From NCBI GenBank assembly GCA_041660565.1, contig JBAZWC010000001.1:70197-134196 (forward strand): 64,000 nt of DNA, read 5' to 3'. The notes beneath the pieces are model-generated. The model searched no databases. It was not told the DNA's origin and saw nothing but the letters and a program-made list of their open reading frames with translations. Every line of letters starts with the position of its first letter. Within the stretch, counting starts at the first letter, position 1. Below, piece by piece: positions 1 to 8,576 of the stretch. Origin of the DNA: Patescibacteria group bacterium. GTDB taxonomy: Bacteria > Patescibacteriota > UBA1384 > CAJBMM01. Made by a program: the position numbers and the translations under genes.

Positions 1-643
1 ATTACCCAAATTGACTCATGTTTCTTACGGATTTTTCCGCCTTAAAACCGGCAAAATGAGCACGCGTCAGGGCGATGTGATTCGGTTAGACGAGGTTATA
101 GACGCGGCGGTGCAGAAATGCGATGAATTATTGTTGGCAAAAAATGACAAATTAACAAAAAAAGATCGGGAAGAGCTGGCGCAGACATTAGGATTGGCGG
201 CGGTTAAATACACCGATCTGCAACACGATCGCCACACCGACGTAGTATTTGACTGGGACAAAATGTTCGCACTTGAGGGCAACTCGATTATCTATCTTAT
301 ATATGCTTATGCGCGGTGCAATTCACTATTAATAAAGTCTACTTCAACTAATGCCGGAGACGGCAATGAGGTCGGCTGGTCCGAAGATGATAAGCAGTTG
401 TTATTTACCTCACTAGAGTTAAACCATGCGGTGCGCCAGAGCATAGAAGAATACGACCCACATCATTTAATCAATCATGTTTATGAGGTGGCAAGCCAGT
501 TTAGTCGGCTATACAGCCACAATGCAATTCTAAACGCCTCGGCAGAAGATCGCGCTCGTCGATTAAAATTAGTAGCCATGGTTAAGGCTCAATTACAATT
601 ATTATTTGATCTATTAAATATCGACGCGCCAGAAAAACTTTAA
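1..643 (+). CDS. argS: Arginyl-tRNA synthetase, C-terminal part (5'-truncated by window edge; ORF continues upstream of the TTG at 11)
   Basis: Translation contains the ArgRS motif FRLKTGKMSTRQGDVIRL and a DALR anticodon-binding-like C-terminus; stop at 641-643. Confidence 0.75.
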   Translation, partial: LPKLTHVSYGFFRLKTGKMSTRQGDVIRLDEVIDAAVQKCDELLLAKNDKLTKKDREELAQTLGLAAVKYTDLQHDRHTDVVFDWDKMFALEGNSIIYLIYAYARCNSLLIKSTSTNAGDGNEVGWSEDDKQLLFTSLELNHAVRQSIEEYDPHHLINHVYEVASQFSRLYSHNAILNASAEDRARRLKLVAMVKAQLQLLFDLLNIDAPEKL

Positions 644-690
644 AAAAAATAAGCGGGTGGCCGCGTTTGCGGTCACCCTGGGCACGTCTG
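640..690 (-). terminator. Rho-independent terminator for the minus-strand gene 703..1479 (the hairpin may also serve argS)
   Basis: Inverted repeat GGGTGGCCGC-GTTT-GCGGTCACCC; on the minus strand it is followed by TTATTTTTTTT. Confidence 0.5.
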
Positions 691-702
691 ATGTTCTTTC
701 GC

Positions 703-1479
703 TCACTCGATTTGCAGGCTATCCGGCCTAATCCGGAGGCGACAGGTCGCCACACTGTGTGGCTTGACCTTGAGGATCTTGCCGACCTTCTTGCCGGCCC
801 TGACCGGATCATCGGCTTTGTTCGCGAAGTCGGCATCAACCCGAACAACGCTTAATGCACCCGTCTGGAAGGTTAGCGGAATGACGACCTCGCCGCCTCG
901 ATCCTCTTGAACGGCGAGAGTAGCTGATTTGCCGGAGTTGTCGACACTCGACCACAGCAATTCCGGCGTCACTTCGACGTCATTCAGTCTCCCTCGATCG
1001 AGGGTAACCTGCACTGATACGCCCGGGCCATCCTCGATGTCGAACTGAAAGCCGTTTACCTGTTTGACCAGTTGCTGCTCGCCCATCCTGATGTAGAACT
1101 TCCCGTTGGCGCCTGGCATCACGCGTCGTTCCACGGACCGTTCGATCACGATGTTCTTGACGCCGGTGTTCCAGACGGCGATGCACTCGACCTTGTCGGT
1201 CTGGCTGTCCGCCCGGAATTCGACCGGGATGACGCAGTCCTTGTTTGGGATGTAGCTGAGGACTGCCCCGTCTTCGGTCGTTTGGATCATCGCGTTGGTG
1301 GGCGCGCTGACAATCGTCGTCTTGGCGTAAAGCAGCCGTACTTGCACGGATCCTTCGTAGTAATTCGGCACTCGGGTAATCCAGGTGATTCGGCTCACCG
1401 TGCCTACTACGATAATAACGATCAAACATACCACCCACCACGGTATCTTGTCAGTGGGTCCCACGTTAGGGGGTCTCAC
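703..1479 (-). CDS. Hypothetical signal-anchored protein (N-terminal TM helix), high-GC gene
   Basis: 258-aa ORF with N-terminal hydrophobic helix WWVVCLIVIIVVGTV; about 58% GC versus about 40% in the flanks; shadow ORFs on both strands typical of high GC. Confidence 0.45.
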   Translation of the reverse strand: MRPPNVGPTDKIPWWVVCLIVIIVVGTVSRITWITRVPNYYEGSVQVRLLYAKTTIVSAPTNAMIQTTEDGAVLSYIPNKDCVIPVEFRADSQTDKVECIAVWNTGVKNIVIERSVERRVMPGANGKFYIRMGEQQLVKQVNGFQFDIEDGPGVSVQVTLDRGRLNDVEVTPELLWSSVDNSGKSATLAVQEDRGGEVVIPLTFQTGALSVVRVDADFANKADDPVRAGKKVGKILKVKPHSVATCRLRIRPDSLQIE

Positions 1480-1608
1480 AGCAGTCTCCTTTGTGTTGTC
1501 GATGGGGCGCTAGGAACTTGCCCCGAGTTGATGATTTATGTATATCACATTTTATAAAAATAGTCAATAAAAAAACGTGCAACAGTTCACAACTCTGAAA
1601 TAACTTTT

Positions 1609-1790
1609 CGCGTTCGAGTTTAGGACGTAAAACGTCCCGAAGCGAGAACGACATCGGTGAAAAGAATAGCTAGTTCTCGGTTTTACCTCGAACAAGAAAA
1701 ACGTAGACCAGACTTCTTGACCTTCCGAAGCTTTAGCGTATGAGGTTAGTCTGTTTTCTTAATAACACAATAAATCGTGGTCTACAAGAA
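1609..1790. repeat. Composite palindromic repeat (GGACGTAAAACGTCC / GAGAAC..GTTCTC module plus CGTAGACCA..TGGTCTACAAG module)
   Basis: Related copies at 9589-9682, 38454-38490 and 49290-49450. Confidence 0.6.
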
Positions 1791-1821
1791 CGAATTGACA
1801 TCCGGACTCGCTCAAGCAATT

Positions 1822-3987
1822 TTATAGATCAAATTGATACACGCTATCGCCAACTAGAATCCAGCCGCGTTTGGATTTGGTGGAAATATAACTTTGTTTA
1901 ATATCACCGAGTGTGGTTTGATACTGCCCGGAGTATTGGCCGTCTTTAGACGCCTCAATAATACGATTTTTGTCTTGAATAAATATTGAATTTCCCGAAC
2001 TATCAGCAAAAATCCGTGCTGGGGAGTCGAGTCCACTGCCGGGCTCAGGAATCTGAATCGGCCCGAACCCAATTGAATTGCCTTTAGTGAATTTGGATAC
2101 ATCGCCCGAATTAAATAGTAGATAAATGTTGCCGTCATTGGTAATGTCTATTGCGCTAGAGTTGGACAGCGTACTTTTAGCCAAGTATGCGGTAACCGCC
2201 GTGAATTTATAGTTGGCGGTGCCGGTAAATTTCCAAATTTGCCCCGAGTCTTTCTCTAGTACATATAGATTTTGCTGATACCACGTTGCCGCTTTAATAC
2301 CGGGCCACTTCTCGGTTGTGGGTAGCGACAACTGAATTAATTGATTATTATTGTCGGTTAAAATAAGCTGCACTTTATTATCACTGGTTGCAACTAAAAT
2401 TTGGCGAGTTAGCTCAAACATAGTGAAGTAGGTAATTTTTGCCCCGTTGCTGGCGGAAAAAATGATATCCGGCGAGGTATTTTTACCCAAAATTTGTCGG
2501 GTAATTTTGGTGCCGTTAGAGTTTGTGGCAAATAAGTATTGGCCAATTATACCAAACCACGTTGTGTCGCCACTAACTTTGGTTATTACGGTAGGGTTAA
2601 TAATGGCGGTGTGATTTATTTCCAATAATAACTGGTTATATTTTGTGGTTATCGTTATTACGTCGCTACTGTCTTTGGGCAAGGTGCTTAGAATGTCGTT
2701 GGCTTTAACCAAATTTGTCCGAGCTAAGTCTGGATTTGTCTTTTTATTCAGCGTGGCAACATCTAAAAATTTATTAGCATCGGAAATTTTTTGGGTAATG
2801 TTGGCGGTAGAAGTGGTGGTGGAGTTTTGATGTTGAGTTCGGTTATATATTGATATCCCCACAATCAGAACCAAAACTAAGGATGAGGCTAATATGGTAA
2901 TTGGTTTGACTTTATTGAATTTACGCGAGGTTTTAACTATCCAGCTTTGGGCATCAACAAAAATGTGAAACAGTGAATGGCTAATTTTTTGTCCTGATGA
3001 GCGTTGCAATTTGGGTGTACCGATCCGAATTTGCGGCTGTGAAGGCTCTTCCGCGTCGCCTGGTTTATATTTCACCGGAATGACTGCCGTGTCTTTATCT
3101 GAGCTGTTGGTGTATTGCAGCTCGGTTTTTGGCTCGGTGTAAAATCGCTTGGCTTTTTGATACCCGCTTTTAACACCGCTGAATATCAGTTTGCTTAGAT
3201 CGGAAGCCGCATCTAATATGCTGTGCCGGAAAGATTTTTCAAAGTTGCCGACACTAGGATTTCGAGATGCTTTGATCACCCCTCCGACAGATGGTTCTAG
3301 TACGATGGTGTATGGTTCGGTTTGGGTATCGAGATCATCATTCTCAATTTTGACCACTACTGCTGATAAGTGATTCAGGTGCAATCTTCTGCCGGCTTGG
3401 AACATAGCCTGTACGCCATTGGTGGGGTTTGACTCGATTGATTGACATAAAAATTGCGGAGAAAAGTGCCGTCCAACCTCGGTATTGCCTAAAATTACAC
3501 TATCGCCGACTGATAATTGCCCAGAGGTTAAATTGGCAAAGGTTTTGTGTACCAATACTCGTCCGGTAATGTTTGCGGTGTTGTCAAAAATGGGTGAGTA
3601 GGTTTGTCCTCTAATAACCGCACCGGTAACTTTGCCGGTGTGAGACAAATAGACTTCGTTATTAACAAAAAGGGCAATCACTGCGTGAATGTGCCCCACC
3701 CAATCATTATTTCCGTTCTCGGCCAATTCGGCCAGCGCCAGGTTTATCTGCTTAATACAATCTTCAAACTGATAGATAGGGGATTTTCGCTCCTCCGAAA
3801 AATATTCGTTTTTAAGACAATCAATGATGGTTTGTTCAACTATTTGACCGAAAGACCGGGGTAGGGGGATATCGATAATATAAACAATATCCCCAAAACT
3901 AAGATCGTTTGGATGATTCAACACGCCCGAGGCAAGGGTGCGCTCGTGTGTGCTTATTGTTGATATTCTGGCTATTGATAACGCCAA
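1822..3987 (-). CDS. Hypothetical membrane protein: about 330-aa cytoplasmic N-terminal domain (weak PP2C/SpoIIE-like GDS motif), one TM helix, large extracellular repeat (beta-propeller-like) domain
   Basis: 721-aa ORF; TM segment ITILASSLVLVLIVGISIY; Ser/Thr/Asn-rich repetitive C-terminal half. Confidence 0.5.
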   Translation of the reverse strand: MALSIARISTISTHERTLASGVLNHPNDLSFGDIVYIIDIPLPRSFGQIVEQTIIDCLKNEYFSEERKSPIYQFEDCIKQINLALAELAENGNNDWVGHIHAVIALFVNNEVYLSHTGKVTGAVIRGQTYSPIFDNTANITGRVLVHKTFANLTSGQLSVGDSVILGNTEVGRHFSPQFLCQSIESNPTNGVQAMFQAGRRLHLNHLSAVVVKIENDDLDTQTEPYTIVLEPSVGGVIKASRNPSVGNFEKSFRHSILDAASDLSKLIFSGVKSGYQKAKRFYTEPKTELQYTNSSDKDTAVIPVKYKPGDAEEPSQPQIRIGTPKLQRSSGQKISHSLFHIFVDAQSWIVKTSRKFNKVKPITILASSLVLVLIVGISIYNRTQHQNSTTTSTANITQKISDANKFLDVATLNKKTNPDLARTNLVKANDILSTLPKDSSDVITITTKYNQLLLEINHTAIINPTVITKVSGDTTWFGIIGQYLFATNSNGTKITRQILGKNTSPDIIFSASNGAKITYFTMFELTRQILVATSDNKVQLILTDNNNQLIQLSLPTTEKWPGIKAATWYQQNLYVLEKDSGQIWKFTGTANYKFTAVTAYLAKSTLSNSSAIDITNDGNIYLLFNSGDVSKFTKGNSIGFGPIQIPEPGSGLDSPARIFADSSGNSIFIQDKNRIIEASKDGQYSGQYQTTLGDIKQSYISTKSKRGWILVGDSVYQFDL

Positions 3988-4401
3988 ACTAAACCACCTT
4001 TAAGTTGCTTATTTCTATTGTATGCTTTGAGTGGCGTATGGCGCAAGGTGCAAAAAATTTTGCATTTATGTTACAATATATTTGCTTCCGGCTGTCCAAC
4101 ACATTGCTTCTTACTTTTTTTTAGGTGGTTCAACATTTATGTAAAGTATTATACCTTACATGTGCGAACTACCACTTGGGATTTTTGAAGCCCAATGTGC
4201 TGTGATGGCCGGAGCAGAATTTGAAAACAGAAAACGATCCCCAATTCTACGAGTCGAAGACTCGTAGAGATGACAGCGAGCAGAGAACAAGCGTTCTCTT
4301 TTTTGTTATTGAATTTGGCCGTTTTTGCCTAAGATAAAAAAAGTAGACCCGGCTGATATGGAGGTCAGCCGGGTCTTGGCTCGCAGGGTTTGGTGGTCGT
4401 G

Positions 4402-4671
4402 TCACTGTCGATCACGGGCTTCTTGGGCCAGTCTTGGGTTGAAGCCCAGCTCGGTGGTTCGCACCGGCCGTCCGACAAGTTCCTCGACACGCTTAAGGAC
4501 CATGTCCATGTAGACCTCCTTCGGCCCCGTTAGCAAATCCGTGACCTCCTTCTCACGCTCCTCGCCGGTCATCTCCTCTGCCTTCCTGCGTGTCTTGAAG
4601 TTCTCAACACACGTCGGGCAGGCCTCGGTACAGCTCGTGCCACAAACGTGGCATATTCGTTCCTCTGGCAC
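4402..4671 (-). CDS. Small Cys-rich (CxxC x2) hypothetical protein, high-GC
   Basis: 89-aa ORF with CHVCGTSCTEACPTC; lies in GC-rich patch 4330-4700; coding status uncertain. Confidence 0.3.
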   Translation of the reverse strand: MPEERICHVCGTSCTEACPTCVENFKTRRKAEEMTGEEREKEVTDLLTGPKEVYMDMVLKRVEELVGRPVRTTELGFNPRLAQEARDRQ

Positions 4672-4797
4672 AGGACCCCTCCCTCTTAGCCGTGATTCTC
4701 TAAGAACGATAATAACTATACCATATCGTTACGTTATGGTCAATATATTTTTGCTGTGAACCCAATAACTGATTCAAAAAAATCTCATTAGGTAGTT

Positions 4798-4845
4798 GTC
4801 ATTCCGGCTCGCCAGCTGGCGGGTGATCCGAAATCCAGTCTATGT
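4798..4845. repeat. GTCATTCCGG...CCGGAAT palindromic repeat unit
   Basis: Same family as copies at 7675, 12094, 13220, 13974, 15126, 38412 and 47199. Confidence 0.55.
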
Positions 4846-5014
4846 TTGTTATCATATAGATCATGAATCTTCCCTTTGACCTGCGGCCAGAGTTACTGGT
4901 TTCTGACAAAATCATTAAGTTTAGGATGACATGAACGGTAGTTTTTGGATTCACGATTATTGTTATTGAATTTGGATGATTTTCTGCTATCGTGTGGCGT
5001 GAGGGGGTGGTACC

Positions 5015-5761
5015 ATGAACATCGAGTTTTCAGGCTACGGGTTCACTGTCCTATGCACCTACTTACCCGTTGACATTTTCGAGCGGGCAATGAGCTGGCT
5101 AGCAAAAGGAGGACAAGGTCGGCTGACGTTTGAGCCGTGGGATGATGGGATTGTCGACAATCCCTGGGCATCAACCGGCATCGGTGGTAGGACGATTCGT
5201 CGACTTCGGGATCTCGAATCGAATGGCCTAGTTTGCCTTGGGTGGCGTCGTTACGAGCTGGTCAAGTGTGTCGATTCGATGGTGCTACTTAGTTACGCAC
5301 TGTGGCCAGTGCTGGTTGGACAGTACGAGATGGCTCGTCCAAACAACGCGGGTCTACAAGTGGATATCAACGAGATCACGCGGGGCTATCGGGTGGCAGC
5401 CAACTTTGACCCAGTGGTTTGGGACGTGATCGAACACGCTGGATTCAAGGGGCTACTGCCCGCCATCAACACGCACATTCGTCATTGGTTTGAGGAATTC
5501 GCGGATGGACGCGAAGATGGGCAGTACACCACCGTGTTCAATGGGAAGGATGGGCCTACGTTGATGTTCTATCCGCCGTCTACCAGCCGTGGTGTATGGA
5601 TTAGCGGGTCACGTGAACCCGGGATCGATGGGCACCAGCTGTATGACCACAACACCGATGGCGCTCTTGATGTGATGGGGCATTTGGTGGCACTCTGTAC
5701 CGTGCTAGATCACTGCCGAAAGGCAATCGACTCGGGAATTCTCAGCACTGACGGTGCGTAG
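5015..5761 (+). CDS. Hypothetical protein, high-GC
   Basis: 248-aa ORF, about 55-58% GC; no recognisable motif. Confidence 0.4.
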   Translation: MNIEFSGYGFTVLCTYLPVDIFERAMSWLAKGGQGRLTFEPWDDGIVDNPWASTGIGGRTIRRLRDLESNGLVCLGWRRYELVKCVDSMVLLSYALWPVLVGQYEMARPNNAGLQVDINEITRGYRVAANFDPVVWDVIEHAGFKGLLPAINTHIRHWFEEFADGREDGQYTTVFNGKDGPTLMFYPPSTSRGVWISGSREPGIDGHQLYDHNTDGALDVMGHLVALCTVLDHCRKAIDSGILSTDGA

Positions 5762-5844
5762 GCAATTGCCTACGCACCTCTTATTTATCTAGTCATATGA
5801 AACATGCTGTTTTTTTGATAATGTGTAAAGTACGAATCAAAATA

Positions 5845-5878
5845 CAGGGTATAGCTTAGTTGGTAAAGCGCTGGGGTT
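5845..5878 (+). other. Orphan tRNA 5' half (acceptor 5' strand CAGGGTA, complete D-arm GCTT/AAGC, anticodon-stem 5' strand CTGGG), then abruptly replaced by a GC-rich repeat
   Basis: CAGGGTA-TA-GCTT-AGTTGGTA-AAGC-G-CTGGG read directly. The 7-nt acceptor strand is exactly complementary to TACCCTG of the 3' half at 6455-6499. Confidence 0.4.
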
Positions 5879-5975
5879 GGCCTCCGCCCGTAGAGCTACG
5901 CCCGGAGGGCTCCGCCCGTAGGCTCCAGCCTGTAAGGCTTACGCCTGGAAGGGCTACGCCCGGAGGGGGTCAAAA
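5879..5975. repeat. GC-rich CTACGG/CCGTAGG/CTCCGCC module repeat
   Basis: ggcctccgcccgtagagctacgcccggaggg... ; the family recurs at 6330-6356, 6421-6460, 6499-6560, 19270-19400, 30960-31010, 35720-35800, 40790-40870, 49200-49240 and 60540-60640. Confidence 0.6.
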
Positions 5976-5977
5976 AA

Positions 5978-6238
5978 ATGTGCTATGTATATATATTGAT
6001 CAGCCAAGTTGATATGGAGCGGTATATTGGGTCAACTGTGAATCTTAGTGTTAGGCTGTCAGAGCATGATCTGGGGTTGGTAAATTCTACAAAAAATAGA
6101 CGCCCATTAAAGTTGTATGCTTATCAAATATGTGAGAATATCGGAGAAGCGAGAAAAATTGAGCATATGTACAAGGGTAGCCGGGGTGCTTATGACCGGG
6201 CGATTAAAAAAGGTCAATTGATTATCTTCGGGGAGTAG
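5978..6238 (+). CDS. Small stand-alone GIY-YIG nuclease domain protein
   Basis: YVYILISQ...RYIGSTVNLSVRLSEH matches the GIY-YIG core (GIY..YIG..R..H); the stop codon TAG (6236-6238) lies inside the 5' acceptor stem of tRNA-Pro. Confidence 0.7.
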   Translation: MCYVYILISQVDMERYIGSTVNLSVRLSEHDLGLVNSTKNRRPLKLYAYQICENIGEARKIEHMYKGSRGAYDRAIKKGQLIIFGE

Positions 6239-6305
6239 CATAGCGGCCTAATGCGCTGGGCTGGGGGTCCAGAGACCGGAGGTTCAAATCCTCTCTCCCC
6301 GACCA
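6229..6305 (+). tRNA. tRNA-Pro (anticodon GGG)
   Basis: Manual cloverleaf: acceptor CGGGGAG/CTCCCCG, D-stem GCAT/ATGC, anticodon stem CTGGG/TCCAG with loop CTGGGGG, T-arm GGAGG-TTCAAAT-CCTCT, discriminator A, encoded CCA. Confidence 0.8.
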
Positions 6306-6324
6306 ATTTGAAACTGGAATCGGG

Positions 6325-6397
6325 CTGGGCTCCGCCCGTAGGGCTACGCCCGGAGGGGGTCCAGAGATCGGCAGTTCGAGTCTGCCATCCCCGACCA
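6325..6397 (+). tRNA. tRNA-Pro-like 3' portion: anticodon stem with a 24-nt palindromic insert in the loop, variable loop, T-arm GGCAG/CTGCC, acceptor 3' strand ATCCCCG-A-CCA. No local 5' acceptor or D-arm
   Basis: GGGGTCCAGAGATC identical to tRNA-Pro 39-48; compensatory T-stem and acceptor changes relative to 6229-6305; the expected 5' partner CGGGGAT was not found nearby. Confidence 0.4.
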
Positions 6398-6454
6398 TGA
6401 TATAATGAAGTCTGCGACTAGGCTGGCCTCCGGCTCTACGAGCGGTAGGCTCGG

Positions 6455-6499
6455 AGAGGGGTCCAGAGACCGCCAGTTCAAGTCTGGCTACCCTGACCA
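6455..6499 (+). tRNA. tRNA-Pro-like 3' half (TCCAG, AGACC, T-arm GCCAG-TTCAAGT-CTGGC, acceptor TACCCTG-A-CCA)
   Basis: Compensatory T-stem. The acceptor 3' strand pairs perfectly with the orphan 5' half at 5845-5851; the upstream sequence is a repeat module, not a D-arm. Confidence 0.4.
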
Positions 6500-6588
6500 T
6501 CCCTCGCTCCCTCCTACGCTAAAGCTTCGGAAGGTCAAGAAAGCTACGGATGGCACGGCCAAAAATTAAAAAAATACAAAGGATATGA

Positions 6589-7116
6589 ATGAAAATCAAT
6601 AAACTTAAAAAAATTACCACCGGTGCAGCTCTGTTGACTGGACTTTTTGTGGCATCGGTTCAATCCACTTTTGCGATGTGCCCGGTGTGCACGGTAGCGG
6701 TGCTTGGTGGGGTTGAGTTGTCGCATTATCTCGGAATCGATGATGTGATAACCGGGCTATGGATTGGTGCATTAATGGTTTCGATTACAATGTGGACATC
6801 AAATTGGTTGCGCAACAAAAAATGGCGTTATATTCCCAAAGGCGCCGCATTCTGGTTTATTATTTGGGTTTTAATGACTTATGTCCCGCTCTATCAATAT
6901 CGATTTTTTGGGCATAACAACAGCCAACTCTGGGGGATTGATAAAATTATCATCGGATCGATGTTTGGGGTGGTGATTTTTGCACTGGCGGTGGTGGTTC
7001 ATAATTGGCTTAAAGCCAGAAACGGTGATAAAGTTTACGTGCAATTTCAACGTGTCATTATCCCGGTATCATTTTTGATAATCGGCAGCGTGGCGTTTTA
7101 TTTCATTACTAAATAA
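6589..7116 (+). CDS. Hypothetical integral membrane protein with signal peptide
   Basis: 175-aa ORF; N-terminal signal LLTGLFVASVQSTFA; at least 4 hydrophobic segments. Confidence 0.5.
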   Translation: MKINKLKKITTGAALLTGLFVASVQSTFAMCPVCTVAVLGGVELSHYLGIDDVITGLWIGALMVSITMWTSNWLRNKKWRYIPKGAAFWFIIWVLMTYVPLYQYRFFGHNNSQLWGIDKIIIGSMFGVVIFALAVVVHNWLKARNGDKVYVQFQRVIIPVSFLIIGSVAFYFITK

Positions 7117-7126
7117 AGGAGATATT

Positions 7127-7651
7127 GTGTCTGAAGATAAAGAACTCGACGGCTGGCTGGAAAAAGTATCTAAGAGTAAAAAAGGGGCACTAGATTTATC
7201 GTCTGATGAAGATCTATCAATTGCGATTATGAACTTAATCAGCATCGAAGAGCATTTTTTCTTTACTGCCGCCAAAACTGGCAAAGATCAATATTACGAT
7301 TTGTTGGGGCAAGTACGCGAAATGCGCAAAAGCTTGCTCAAAAAAATTGTCAAAGAGTACGAAGGTGAGGTGTGGTGCATTTCAAAACATTTGCTTTCGG
7401 CTAGTATGCGTTTGATTGAGGTTGGCACCAAGCAACAAGGATTGGGGCACGACAAAGACGCCAAAGAGATGTTTACTAAGGCGTACGAGTTGTACTCATT
7501 GTTCTGGGGGCTTAACTTGAACTTATTAAACGTCGGCGAGATTAAAAAGGTGGATGACGACCAAATGGATATTCACCCCGACAAAAAAACCTCACCGATG
7601 TCTAAGCTAGGCTTGTTAGTTAAAAAAGCGATTGATTGCTGTAGAGAGTAG
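7127..7651 (+). CDS. Hypothetical protein
   Basis: 174-aa ORF, 10 bp after the previous gene; no motif recognised. Confidence 0.45.
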   Translation: MSEDKELDGWLEKVSKSKKGALDLSSDEDLSIAIMNLISIEEHFFFTAAKTGKDQYYDLLGQVREMRKSLLKKIVKEYEGEVWCISKHLLSASMRLIEVGTKQQGLGHDKDAKEMFTKAYELYSLFWGLNLNLLNVGEIKKVDDDQMDIHPDKKTSPMSKLGLLVKKAIDCCRE

Positions 7652-7674
7652 GTTGAGATCGGACTTTATGAGCT

Positions 7675-7750
7675 GTCATTCCGGATTTAATCCGGAATCT
7701 ATATAATAAAGTCTTTTATAGTCTGGATTCCGGGTCGAGCCCGGAATGAC
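7675..7750. repeat. Double-hairpin palindromic repeat (GTCATTCCGG..CCGGAATCTATATAA // TTATAG..GGATTCCGG..CCGGAATGAC)
   Basis: Perfect terminal inverted repeats; family copies listed under 4798. Confidence 0.65.
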
Positions 7751-7756
7751 AAGGGA

Positions 7757-8443
7757 CTACAAGTTAATTTTAGTTAATTCAGCAGCTGGGAATTTTTCTA
7801 GCACCGGTTGCAATGTTTCTTCGTGTTTATCTAAATCAGCTCCGATTAAATAAACCGGCATAGGGTTTGCCGTAAAATGCTCTAGTCCCGGGCCGTGGTC
7901 TCCCATGGCAATACTAAGCGCAATTTCTAGCTCTTCTTTTTGCCATTCGGCGTCAGGTGCGTATGCGTGGCTGAGTAAAAATGAATCATCTACTGCGGCA
8001 GCTTTTGTATCTAGTTTTCCGGTGTAATCAATTACAATACATGGTTCGCTGTGTTTGTGTGGATCGCCATTAGCTTTGTAGTCGTAGTCTTCGGACCAGC
8101 CAATTGATTTAACGGGCATTGTACTACCAATTCCATCCGCCAATTTTTGAGCGGACCACTGCGCGATCTCGTCTTGGCTACGTTTATCGCCGGTACGCTC
8201 TTTATAAACCGCGCACGCACCGCAGTGTTCGTGCCAGGTGACGGTTAGGGTAGCGGGATTTACGCCGTGGTTTAGCAGATTTTGTTTGAATTTGGTAATT
8301 TGTGCATCGGAAAATAAAACGCCACTTCCGGCTAAGCCCAGAAAAGGTCGTTCAAGTCCGTTTGGCCGAATACGCCCGTCCATACAGACAATAGCTTGAG
8401 GATTTAGTTTTGTTGATTGGTGTAACTTTATGGCGTCTAGCAT
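7757..8443 (-). CDS. Hypothetical protein with beta-carbonic-anhydrase-like metal-binding motifs (CMDGR ... HEHCGAC)
   Basis: CxDxR and HxxCG spacing resembles the beta-CA zinc ligands; start placed at MLDAIKLH because the upstream ORF extension overlaps a microsatellite-like repeat. Confidence 0.4.
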   Translation of the reverse strand: MLDAIKLHQSTKLNPQAIVCMDGRIRPNGLERPFLGLAGSGVLFSDAQITKFKQNLLNHGVNPATLTVTWHEHCGACAVYKERTGDKRSQDEIAQWSAQKLADGIGSTMPVKSIGWSEDYDYKANGDPHKHSEPCIVIDYTGKLDTKAAAVDDSFLLSHAYAPDAEWQKEELEIALSIAMGDHGPGLEHFTANPMPVYLIGADLDKHEETLQPVLEKFPAAELTKINL

Positions 8444-8576
8444 GAAAATACTATAACGAAAAGTTGCCTTAACATCAAGCACTAAATCAGAAATTCGAAA
8501 TTCGAAACAAATCCAAAATTCCAAATTCAAAAAATTTTAAACTTGTTTCGTGCTTCGCATTTTCGTATTTCGAATT

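Noticed and set aside
980-1557. ORFs 980..1441 (-) and 1072..1557 (+) overlapping the 703..1479 gene
   Set aside because: Alternative-frame and antisense shadow ORFs in a 58% GC segment. The 703..1479 frame has an N-terminal TM helix and its own downstream terminator.
5879-6228. Group I intron interrupting a tRNA (with GIY-YIG homing endonuclease)
   Set aside because: A complete, independently folding tRNA-Pro lies inside the would-be intron, and the intervening sequence is dominated by the genome's generic repeat modules. Conserved group I core elements could not be recognised by eye. Retained only as an alternative within the tRNA-locus finding.
6222-6500. 92-aa minus-strand ORF across the tRNA-Pro region
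   Set aside because: Entirely overlaps tRNA-Pro and the tRNA-like halves and repeats; Arg/Pro/Gly-rich GC shadow.
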